A DNA stretch of 64,000 bases from Candidatus Methylacidiphilales bacterium (GTDB taxonomy: Bacteria > Verrucomicrobiota > Verrucomicrobiia > Methylacidiphilales > CAZTYG01). Below are positions 1 to 7,296 of this stretch, piece after piece (position 1 is the stretch's first letter; each line of letters starts with the position of its first letter). Below the pieces are notes generated by a model, which did not search any database, had not been told where the DNA came from, and was given only the letters and a program-made list of their open reading frames with translations. The DNA lies in contig JANRJG010000014.1 in NCBI GenBank assembly GCA_033875315.1, forward strand, positions 115,166-179,165. Reading direction: 5' to 3'. The position numbers and the translations under genes were made by a program.

Positions 1-128
1 TTCCCGGGTTGGGTCAGTAGGTTGGATAGGCCTGCACAGGCAGCGCACCGCCAGGAAGCCGGGCCTGCGGCAGCAGGCGCGGAGAATCCCCTGCGGACGG
101 GCCAGGGTGGCGGCAAAGGCAGGACGGA

Positions 129-569
129 TCAGGCCAACCGGGGCGGGGGCGTTGGAGGGGTGCCCGAAACGAGGGGCGCGTATTCCTCAATGACCGGATA
201 TGTCCATGGGGACGGGGCCGGACGGACGACCACGGGAGCCGTGGCCAGGAGGAAATCTTTCTTCAGGTCGGGCAGCTTGCCGTGATCGGACTTTTCCTTT
301 TCCTGCTGTTTTTTTTCGGCGATGGCCTGGCACATCTTGCAGGGGAATTTTCCACTGAGGGTCATTTCGATGGCCCGGGCTACCGGGACATGTTCGGAGT
401 ATTCCCGGACCATGTTGACCCAAGCCACCCCCTGCAACACGACCCAATGGCCGCCGCAGGACAGCACGAAGGCCGTCAACAGGATGGAAGCATAAACACG
501 GAGGAACACCCTGCTCTGATACCAAGCCCCACCCAACCCGTCAAACGAAACCCCGGCAAGAAGCGCCAT
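129..569 (-). CDS. hypothetical membrane protein with CxxC motif
   Basis: ORF 129..662. ATG at 567-569 (MALLAGVSF) is preferred over the TTG at 660-662. Hydrophobic helix ILLTAFVLSCGGHWVVLQGVAWV, then GKFPCKMCQAIAEKK and a Lys/Glu/Pro-rich tail. Divergent from the hydrolase gene. Confidence 0.55.
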   Translation of the reverse strand: MALLAGVSFDGLGGAWYQSRVFLRVYASILLTAFVLSCGGHWVVLQGVAWVNMVREYSEHVPVARAIEMTLSGKFPCKMCQAIAEKKQQEKEKSDHGKLPDLKKDFLLATAPVVVRPAPSPWTYPVIEEYAPLVSGTPPTPPPRLA

Positions 570-605
570 GGCAACTTTTTCCTGTGCTGGTGGTTGTACC
601 AACCC

Positions 606-1583
606 ATGAACACACGGTTGGTTTTTCTCGTTTTTCCGCTTCTGACGACGCTCTCCCTCCAAGCGTATGATCCGACAGTCACCGGACCGGCCCCGACCTA
701 CATCGACCGGAATTTTGCCGTCTCTTCAGACCGAATCCTGCCAGTGCGCATCTTCCTCCCGAATGAGAAGGCCGTCTGCCCGGTCATCGTCTTCAGTCAC
801 GGACTTGGAGGATCCCGTGAGGGATCGAATTTTCTCGGCCGACACTGGTCCTCCCGCAGCTATGTCACGGTTTTTCTACAACACCCCGGCAGCGACAGTT
901 CGGTGTGGCAGGGCGAGGCACCGGGAGAACGCCTTCAAGCCATGAAGCGCGCCGCCAGCGGAGCCCAGTTCATGAACCGGGTGCGCGACGTCAAAGGAAC
1001 GCTCGACCTCCTGACCCGTCTTAACGCCGACCCCAAGGATGCTCTCGCGGGAAGACTGGACCTGTCCCACATCGGCATGTCCGGCCATTCGTTCGGAGCG
1101 ATGACCACCCAGGCGGTTGCAGGCGAGTCCCTCGGCACGGGCATACTGGGCAAGGGGGCCAGCCTGACCGACACACGCATCCGGGCCGCCGTCATCATGA
1201 GCCCCAGCCCACTGGCCAAGGTTGATCCGCAAACCAGTTTTGGAGCGGTCGCCCTGCCCTGGCTTTTGATGACCGGAACCCACGACGGTGCTCCCTCGGG
1301 CCTCAGTTCCGTCACTCCGGCCGACCGACTCAAGATTTATCCGGCCCTGCCCCCGGGGGACAAATACGAACTGGTTCTAGATCAGGCGGAGCACTCGGTC
1401 TTCACCGACCGCAAGCTTCCCGGCGAACACAAGGAACGCAACCCCAACCACCACCGGGTCATCCTCGCCACCAGCACAGCTTTCTGGGATGCCACGCTCA
1501 AAAACGATGCCGCTGCCGCGGCATGGCTGAAGCACGACGCCCGCTCGGTCATGGAAGAAAAAGACTGCTGGCAATTCAAATAA
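606..1583 (+). CDS. secreted alpha/beta hydrolase (dienelactone hydrolase / PAF-acetylhydrolase-like)
   Basis: Internal ATG at 606 of ORF 282..1583 gives signal-like MNTRLVFLVFPLLTTLSLQA. Has VIVFSHGLGGS and the nucleophile elbow GHSFG. Confidence 0.8.
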   Translation: MNTRLVFLVFPLLTTLSLQAYDPTVTGPAPTYIDRNFAVSSDRILPVRIFLPNEKAVCPVIVFSHGLGGSREGSNFLGRHWSSRSYVTVFLQHPGSDSSVWQGEAPGERLQAMKRAASGAQFMNRVRDVKGTLDLLTRLNADPKDALAGRLDLSHIGMSGHSFGAMTTQAVAGESLGTGILGKGASLTDTRIRAAVIMSPSPLAKVDPQTSFGAVALPWLLMTGTHDGAPSGLSSVTPADRLKIYPALPPGDKYELVLDQAEHSVFTDRKLPGEHKERNPNHHRVILATSTAFWDATLKNDAAAAAWLKHDARSVMEEKDCWQFK

Positions 1584-1585
1584 GA

Positions 1586-1627
1586 CCGGGGATTTTTTAA
1601 CCGCCAGGAACGCGGAGGACGCGAAGG
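1586..1627 (+). repeat. solitary arm of the 9-nt-period intergenic repeat family
   Basis: CCGGGGATTTTTTAACC GCCAGGAAC GCGGAGGAC GCGAAGG, starting 3 nt after the hydrolase stop. Same skeleton as the arms at 3.5, 7.6, 30.0, 31.3 and 58.6 kb. Confidence 0.55.
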
Positions 1628-1719
1628 TGCTTTAGTTACAAGAAGAATCCAGTGGAATGTTTTTTCAACAAGAGGTGATTTGCTTTGTTATCCGCCTGAG
1701 GCTGATTAATTTCTGTTCG

Positions 1720-2382
1720 ATGTTCTCGGTTCGTCTGATCATCGACCCTTCCAGTGACAAGGCCTGGAACATGGCCGTCGACGAGGCCCTGCTCCGCCTG
1801 GTGTGTGTCCCCGTGCTGCGCATCTACCGCTGGACCGAGCCGGCGGTTTCCATCGGCTATTTTGAAAAAGCGTCCGATGTCCCGGCAGGCCGGCCCTTCG
1901 TCCGGCGTTACACCGGAGGCGGACTGGTGGACCACGCCGAGGATTTTACTTACACCCTGGTCCTCCCAAAAGATCATCCCCTCACCCTGGCTGGAACCGG
2001 GCCGAGCTATGAGGCCATCCACGCCGGAATCAACACGGCCTTGCAACGGGAAGGCATTGATGCCCGCCTGACTCCGGTGAACGACGCAGTCGACCACCAC
2101 GCCTGTTTCCAAAAGGCCGTGCGCTTTGACATCGTGGACGCGAAGGGCCGCAAGCTGGCGGGAGCGGCCCAGCGCCGGACAAGGGAAGGCTGTCTGCACC
2201 AGGGAAGCATCCTGCCCGGAAAGTTCGATTTTGATTCCCTGGCCCGGAATACGGCCCAAGCCCTCGAGCCGGTGTTGGAAGGAACCCTCGAAGAATCATC
2301 CCTCACCCGGGCCGAAATCGCAAAAGCGCAGGAACTCGAAGCCAGCCGTTACCGCACGCGGGAATGGAACGAGTCCCGGTGA
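1720..2382 (+). CDS. lipoate-protein ligase A family protein (BPL/LPL catalytic domain)
   Basis: ATG at 1720 within ORF 1657..2382. WNMAVDEALL and LRIYRWTEPAVSIGYFE resemble LplA/LipM N-terminal motifs. Confidence 0.7.
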   Translation: MFSVRLIIDPSSDKAWNMAVDEALLRLVCVPVLRIYRWTEPAVSIGYFEKASDVPAGRPFVRRYTGGGLVDHAEDFTYTLVLPKDHPLTLAGTGPSYEAIHAGINTALQREGIDARLTPVNDAVDHHACFQKAVRFDIVDAKGRKLAGAAQRRTREGCLHQGSILPGKFDFDSLARNTAQALEPVLEGTLEESSLTRAEIAKAQELEASRYRTREWNESR

Positions 2383-2454
2383 ACTAGAGCAATTCCGGAT
2401 TAGATAGGCACAATAGACTGTACAATCCCTGTCCGATGCCGTACCAAACTGGGG

Positions 2455-2835
2455 ATGAACCCATTGAGTGCAGATTTAAGGAAGCGGATCATTGCAGCGC
2501 GTAAAAAAGGCCACCGTATCGTCGATATCGTCGAGCACATGGAAGTCAGCCGTAGCAGTGTCGTGCGGTTGTGGAACCAATTCACCCAGCAGGGCCATTA
2601 TCAGCCCAAGCAGCAGGGCGGCTACCTGCGGTCCCGTCTGGAAGGGCATGACTCCAGTCTGCGCCAGTGGATTGCTCACCGGCCCGACCTGACTTTGGAA
2701 GAGATCAAGGAGCGCTGCCGCACCGAACTCGGGGTGGTGATCGGCAAAAGCGCCGTGGCCGATCGTCTGGTCAAGCTGGGACTGTCCTTTAAAAAAAACC
2801 CTGCGCGCTGCCGAGCAAGAGCGGCCCGACATTGA
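2455..2835 (+). CDS. IS630 transposase, N-terminal HTH part (orfA frame)
   Basis: MNPLSADLRKRIIAARKKGHRIVDIVEHMEVSRSSVVRLW is typical of the IS630 HTH. The frame leaves the conserved sequence at the A8 run 2791-2798. Confidence 0.85.
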   Translation: MNPLSADLRKRIIAARKKGHRIVDIVEHMEVSRSSVVRLWNQFTQQGHYQPKQQGGYLRSRLEGHDSSLRQWIAHRPDLTLEEIKERCRTELGVVIGKSAVADRLVKLGLSFKKNPARCRARAARH

Positions 2836-2887
2836 GCAGGCACGCCTTGCCTGGAAGCAAAAGCAAGCCCTGTGGGATCCCCGTCGG

Positions 2888-3397
2888 TTGGTCTTCATAG
2901 ACGAAACCGGTCTGAACACCAAGATGACGCGGCTTTATGGACGCTCCGCGGTCGGCGAACGTTGCAGGGACGCCGTGCCTCATGGTCACTGGCACAGTTC
3001 CACCTTCCTTGCGGCCTTGCGCCATGACGGGTTCACGGCCCCGCTGCTCATTGATGGGGCCTTGGATGGGGACATGTTCCGGGCCTATGTCGAACAAAGT
3101 CTGGCTGCCACATTGAGTCCGGGGGATATCGTCATCCTCGACAATCTCTCCAGTCACAAGGTCCATGGAGTGCGCCAAGCCATCGAAGCCCGTGGAGCCC
3201 ATCTGCTTTACCTTCCAGCCTACAGTCCCGATCTCAATCCCATTGAAATGGCCTTCTCCAAAATCAAAGCCTTCTTACGCCGGGCTTGTGCAAGAACCTA
3301 CGAAGAACTCATGCGGGCGGTCGCAGACTGCTTGTCACTGTTCACTCCACAAGAATGTATCAACTACTTCACTCATGCACATTATGTGTCTATATGA
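2888..3397 (+). CDS. IS630 transposase, DDE catalytic part (orfB frame, +1 relative to orfA)
   Basis: FIDETG, ILDNLSSHK and YSPDLNPIE form the DDE triad context. The frame is open back to the A8 run, reading KKTLRAAEQERPDIEQARLAWKQKQALWDPRRLVFIDETG from 2792. Confidence 0.85.
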   Translation: MVFIDETGLNTKMTRLYGRSAVGERCRDAVPHGHWHSSTFLAALRHDGFTAPLLIDGALDGDMFRAYVEQSLAATLSPGDIVILDNLSSHKVHGVRQAIEARGAHLLYLPAYSPDLNPIEMAFSKIKAFLRRACARTYEELMRAVADCLSLFTPQECINYFTHAHYVSI

Positions 3398-3459
3398 TCC
3401 GGAAATGCTCTAGGGTTGACCGATCGGTGAATGGAGTCTTTGCCAGCCAAAATCCGTAT

Positions 3460-3628
3460 AACTTCGCGAACTTAGCGTTCTTCGCGGTAAACAACTGCAT
3501 AGTTACGGCTCAGCAGGAGCTTTGCCCTCCCGTAAGGCACTTGGGTCCTGCCCAAAGGATTCGGGGACTAAAGATTCAACGCCCTCTACCTCTCTGTTCT
3601 CTGTTTCCTCTGTATCCTCTGTGGTGAA
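3460..3628 (-). repeat. composite repeat: two same-orientation 9-nt-period arms plus a GGAGCTTTGCCCTCCCG module
   Basis: Reverse complement of 3460-3508 is CCGTAACTATGCAGTTGTTTACC GCGAAGAAC GCTAAGTTC GCGAAGTT. Reverse complement of 3583-3628 is (GA)TTCACC ACAGAGGAT ACAGAGGAA ACAGAGAAC. Module CAGGAGCTTTGCCCTCCCG lies at 3514-3532. Confidence 0.6.
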
Positions 3629-3988
3629 TCATTCGGGCATGAGCGCCCGTTTCCACACCGCTTCCTCAAAACCGACCAAGCCGACCCCGGGTCCGATCGC
3701 GAAGGGCCGGCGGATGAGGTTGCCGTTGGCCGCCAGCAATGCCAATGCCTCCGCGGGTTTTATGCCGGGGAGCTGGTCCTTCAAGCCTAGGGCGCGGTAA
3801 TCCCGGCCCGAGGTGTTGAACAGTCGCCGGAGGTCCCCACCCTGGGCCGCGAGCACGGCCCGCAATTCTTTCTCACTTGGCGGGGTTTCGCGGATGGGGA
3901 TTTCCCGGAATTCCACCCCGCGGGCGCGGAGAAATTTCAGGGCCTTCCGGCAGGTGTCGCATTTGTCGTAAACGTAAACCTTCAGCAC
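3629..3988 (-). CDS. ArsC/Spx family protein (YffB-like glutaredoxin-fold reductase)
   Basis: LKVYVYDKCDTCRKALKFLRARGVEFREIPIRETPPSEKEL, and RRPF near the C-terminus. The track start at 4006 is TTG. GTG at 3986-3988 fits the family N-terminus better. Start uncertain. Confidence 0.7.
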   Translation of the reverse strand: MLKVYVYDKCDTCRKALKFLRARGVEFREIPIRETPPSEKELRAVLAAQGGDLRRLFNTSGRDYRALGLKDQLPGIKPAEALALLAANGNLIRRPFAIGPGVGLVGFEEAVWKRALMPE

Positions 3989-4050
3989 CCACCGATTTGA
4001 GCGCAAGGATCGGAGTTGTCCAACCGCGAAAGCTCAAGCAAACTACTGCC

Positions 4051-4767
4051 ATGCGCATCCTGGCCGCGGCTGATCTTCATTACGCGCTGCGGCAATTCGA
4101 CTGGCTCGGCACGGACGCCCCCGCCTGCGACCTCCTTGTCCTGGCCGGCGACCTCCTCGACATGGGTTCGTCCGTCGATCTGGAAGTGCAGGAAGTGGTG
4201 GTGCAGAAATACCTCCGCCGGTATTCCGCCGGGAAAGTTTTGCTCACGTCCTCGGGCAACCACGACATCCAGGACCTGTCCCCCACAGGAGAACGCACCG
4301 CGCGCTGGATGAAGGAACTGGGAGGAGATTCGATCAAATCGGACTACGATTCCCATGAGCAGGACGGGGTGTTGTTCAGCGTCTGCTCCTGGTGGGACGG
4401 TCCGGTCAGCCGGGCCCAGACCGAGGCCCGGCTGGCGGAGGACGCGGCCCGCGCCAAGAAGGCCTGGATCTGGTTGCACCACAACCCGCCCGCGCGCACG
4501 CCGGTGGCCTGGACCGGAAAGCACGATGGCGGCGACCCCGTGGTGGTGGAGTGGATTGAGCAATACCAGCCCGACTTGGTCTTCAGCGGCCACATCCACA
4601 ACGCACCCTTTTACGGCGAAGGCAGTTGGCACGCCCGCATCGGCAAGACCTGGATCTTCAATCCGGGGAAACAGATCGGCGGCGAACCCACCCGCATCCT
4701 GGTCGACCTGGCCGCCCGCCGGGCCCAATGGTTTTCCGCTGAAGGAGTGGATACACTGGAGTTGTGA
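4051..4767 (+). CDS. metallophosphoesterase (calcineurin-like)
   Basis: ATG at 4051 within ORF 3877..4767. MRILAAADLHY, LVLAGDLLD, SSGNHD and FSGHIHN are classic metallophosphoesterase motifs. Confidence 0.8.
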   Translation: MRILAAADLHYALRQFDWLGTDAPACDLLVLAGDLLDMGSSVDLEVQEVVVQKYLRRYSAGKVLLTSSGNHDIQDLSPTGERTARWMKELGGDSIKSDYDSHEQDGVLFSVCSWWDGPVSRAQTEARLAEDAARAKKAWIWLHHNPPARTPVAWTGKHDGGDPVVVEWIEQYQPDLVFSGHIHNAPFYGEGSWHARIGKTWIFNPGKQIGGEPTRILVDLAARRAQWFSAEGVDTLEL

Positions 4768-4920
4768 ACAGTGCAGATTGAGAAAAGTTAGTGGCAGCGG
4801 CCAAGACGCTTGGACGCCACCCTTTGTCAAGATCTCGGGCTGACCCCATGTGCATACCATGTGCGCCATATGCTACGCTTTGTTTCGCGCTTTGGCTCAA
4901 ACGGATAGTTCGCTTATGCC

Positions 4921-5766
4921 TTATGTTGGCAGAAACTGCTTCCACTGTTCTTTGACGTAATCAATGAATTCATCTACTCCTGGGGAATTGCAAACAGTAA
5001 CAAGCTCCATGCCAAGATTTGTTAAAATAACATGACCGATAGGCAGCTCATTATTTTCTTCGTTAGGCAATACAAGATTTAGTGGTTTTCCACAGTATGA
5101 TGCAGCAAACATTTTTGGTAGACCAGTTCTGTTAAAACCAGCAAGCCCCTGAAATTGCACTAATCCAATGCTGTCCAAATGAACAAGGGAATTAAAGTTG
5201 ATTCCCTTCTTGTTGTATATTTCTGCCATCGGATCGAAAATTAATGTTGTAAATGCCCCAACATTCCAACCAAAACTACAAAGATTCTGAAATAACTCAG
5301 CATCACGCTTGTCGAGGTCTCCTAGAAAATTTACTGTTCGTTTTGAAAAGGTTCCGGGAGAATTAGCTTCTCCGGCTAATACCTTTGCCCAGATCTGTTG
5401 CATTTCGTCATCCGAGACAATACGTGACTTATCAAAAAAGTTTGTCACCCAGTCATCCTCGATAAGACTTGGATCTGAATTTTCCTCAAGTTGAGGAAGT
5501 GCTTTTGCGGTTATGTTTTCCATGTTGTCTTGTCGTTGTGCTTCCTCCTCCACAAAGCGGCACATTGCTCGTCTGTGCAGATTAGTGACTTGAATCTCTG
5601 ACTGAGCCTTAATTAAATTAGCCTTTGCTTGGGCTTTAGCTACTCTCTCGATCTGCCAAGGCTCAAATAGACCTCCAACAGCCGAAGAGACTTTTTTGAT
5701 GAGGGTGTCCGCAGGCTTAGAAAGCTTGCCTAGATTTACGAGTGATATTGATTGATCGTCAGACAT
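4921..5766 (-). CDS. DUF2806-like protein (function unknown)
   Basis: ATG at 5764-5766 (the track start at 5793 is TTG). N-terminal coiled coil, then DDWVTNFFDKSRIVSDDEMQQIWAKVLAGEANSPGTFSKRT, which matches my memory of the DUF2806 signature. AT-rich codon usage, unlike the flanks. Confidence 0.6.
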   Translation of the reverse strand: MSDDQSISLVNLGKLSKPADTLIKKVSSAVGGLFEPWQIERVAKAQAKANLIKAQSEIQVTNLHRRAMCRFVEEEAQRQDNMENITAKALPQLEENSDPSLIEDDWVTNFFDKSRIVSDDEMQQIWAKVLAGEANSPGTFSKRTVNFLGDLDKRDAELFQNLCSFGWNVGAFTTLIFDPMAEIYNKKGINFNSLVHLDSIGLVQFQGLAGFNRTGLPKMFAASYCGKPLNLVLPNEENNELPIGHVILTNLGMELVTVCNSPGVDEFIDYVKEQWKQFLPT

Positions 5767-5975
5767 ATGTTTTTTGTTGAGCCTTGGGATCAACGTCTGA
5801 CATTTGACAGTGTCTTGCTACTATTTTTCAAATAGTGGCGTCCTCAAACACTACTCGCACTGGCCGGGCCGAAGTGCTGCTTAAGAGGTTCTGTCAATTG
5901 CGTCAATTGTCAGACGATGATCCCTGTCGCTTCAGTATTGCCTCGGTTGTTTTGATGTATTCCAAGTGTTCCGCG

Positions 5976-6431
5976 TTAGTCGCGCGACCTAGCGCGTTGG
6001 CTGGATGCGAAAGTCAACCACTCTATCTGTTTAGAAGAATCATAAATGAGTTTCATGTAGTAGCCTCTTACTTCGCCCACATGAGAGGCAATCTTACCTT
6101 GTAACGGAAAATTCAGGCTCTTTTTCTGTATATGGTATTCCTTCAGAATATCGTAGTTCAGGCTTGGATCAAAACAGATTTTAATTGTGGGGTTTGTGGA
6201 TATATATCGCAACTGAATTTGGGCTATCCCAATGGATACATGTCCTGCCATCTTCCTGTTAAACAATAACAGCCACTTACACCAAAGGTACTCAATCAAT
6301 CGAAACCAAGCAGGCCTGAAAAATGATTCAGTGATCAAAATTGCTATCAAATCAGGATCTGATCGGCCGCTCCGGAGAAGCCTTGCTATTCGAGGAGACC
6401 ATGAAGATAAGTGACCTTTGATGGTCGTCAC
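5976..6431 (-). CDS. hypothetical protein, weak SLT/lysozyme-like motifs
   Basis: GTG start at 6431, or TTG at 6350. LIAILITESFFRPAWFRLIE ... HVSIGIAQIQLRY resembles the E-S and G-x-x-Q motifs of lytic transglycosylases, but the spacing is atypical. AT-rich. Confidence 0.4.
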   Translation of the reverse strand: MTTIKGHLSSWSPRIARLLRSGRSDPDLIAILITESFFRPAWFRLIEYLWCKWLLLFNRKMAGHVSIGIAQIQLRYISTNPTIKICFDPSLNYDILKEYHIQKKSLNFPLQGKIASHVGEVRGYYMKLIYDSSKQIEWLTFASSQRARSRD

Positions 6432-6759
6432 GCAATTGTTGCCGAAGCTTTCTGTCGGTAATTAGCGATGTTGCAACACCCGCTACAAGCGCGACGATCA
6501 ATCCCAATACTATAATCTGTCCAAATAACAGTATGCGAATCTCTTTCCAGAGCCCTATCAGATCACCAGATTTAACATATGGACGCGCCCAATCGTAGCT
6601 GATCTCAAAAATTGTAATAAAACATCCAAAATAAACAAAATAAATAATTGTATATATAAGTATATTCTTTTTGGTGGCGACCGCATGTTCACCAAAGGTG
6701 ATTGCTGACTGCACCAAACCAATTAGTTTGTATGCTACGAAAAGTATAAAAAGGCCCAA
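6352..6759 (-). CDS. small multi-pass membrane protein (function unknown)
   Basis: Only a TTG start (6757-6759). About 3 hydrophobic helices (IYTIIYFVYFGCFITIF, ILLFGQIIVLGLIVALVAGV). AT-rich islet gene. Confidence 0.5.
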   Translation of the reverse strand: MGLFILFVAYKLIGLVQSAITFGEHAVATKKNILIYTIIYFVYFGCFITIFEISYDWARPYVKSGDLIGLWKEIRILLFGQIIVLGLIVALVAGVATSLITDRKLRQQLRDDHQRSLIFMVSSNSKASPERPIRS

Positions 6760-7097
6760 AAAGACGACACAGGCAGAAAAAAGCTTGATGCAAAACCTGC
6801 TATCGCTGGTGTAACAACTACAGATATAGTCATAGAAATAATTGAGTTCCGAACGATCTTTTTCTGTAATTCATCCAATTCTTTTTTTGATAAACTTGCT
6901 CCTTCCCCAAAAAACCAATCATCAGCCAGATATTTTGAGAGGTCTTTGTTTAGTTCCCTAAAGGGGAAAATTGAAAAATAGATTGGGACATAGAATAGTT
7001 TCTTAAAACGTCGGATGATTCCGGGCACCTCAATGAAAAGAAGGGCTACAATCACCGGGATAAGCTGAATCTCTAAATTCCAGAGGTTTTGAAACAT
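6735..7097 (-). CDS. small membrane protein (function unknown)
   Basis: MFQNLWNLEIQLIPVIVALLFIEVPG and a C-terminal helix TISVVVTPAIAGFASSFFLPV. First gene of the AT-rich cassette. Confidence 0.5.
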   Translation of the reverse strand: MFQNLWNLEIQLIPVIVALLFIEVPGIIRRFKKLFYVPIYFSIFPFRELNKDLSKYLADDWFFGEGASLSKKELDELQKKIVRNSIISMTISVVVTPAIAGFASSFFLPVSSFWAFLYFS

Positions 7098-7296
7098 ATA
7101 CTTGTTGGCTATGTGAATGATATGGCAGATAGGTAATGGTGTATTAAACGACGAGCTTACTTTTGCACGAAACCCAACCTGATCCGTTCCCAGAACCCTA
7201 GCTCAAGGCGTTAGTCTGTCGAGAGGGAATGGAGAGCGGGGCTTCGGCGGCCAATGGGGTCAAGGGGCCACAGAACGGCGGCAGGGGACTGTCCCG

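Larger units (their letters stand above)
2387..3410 (+). mobile_element. IS630-family insertion sequence (1024 bp) flanked by TA target duplication
   Basis: Imperfect terminal inverted repeats: GAGCAATTCCGGATTAGATAGGCACA at the left, and GAGCATTTCCGGATCATATAGACACA as the reverse complement of the right end. TA at 2385-2386 and 3411-3412. Encodes an HTH part and a DDE part of an IS630/Tc1-type transposase. Confidence 0.9.

Noticed and set aside
22-285. 87-aa plus-strand ORF at the window start
   Set aside because: Gly/Ala/Arg-rich, overlaps the better-supported minus-strand membrane protein, and has no motifs.
3629-3637. Extension of the 3583-3628 repeat arm into CCCGAATGATTCACC as a terminus homologous to CCGGAAAAATGCAGTTTAACC
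   Set aside because: These bases are the last codons and stop of the ArsC-like gene (…MPE*). The similarity is short and may be coincidental, so the arm was ended at 3628.
4768-4920. Searched both flanks of the AT-rich islet (4768-4920 and 7098-7300) for a tRNA/tmRNA gene or direct-repeat attachment sites
   Set aside because: No T-loop/acceptor-like sequence and no convincing direct repeats found by eye. An integrase is also absent, so classic integrative-island architecture is not supported.
5835-6104. 89-aa plus-strand ORF inside the islet
   Set aside because: It overlaps the 3' end of the minus-strand 151-aa ORF and the spacer with inverted repeats. There are no motifs, and the composition is not distinct from chance.
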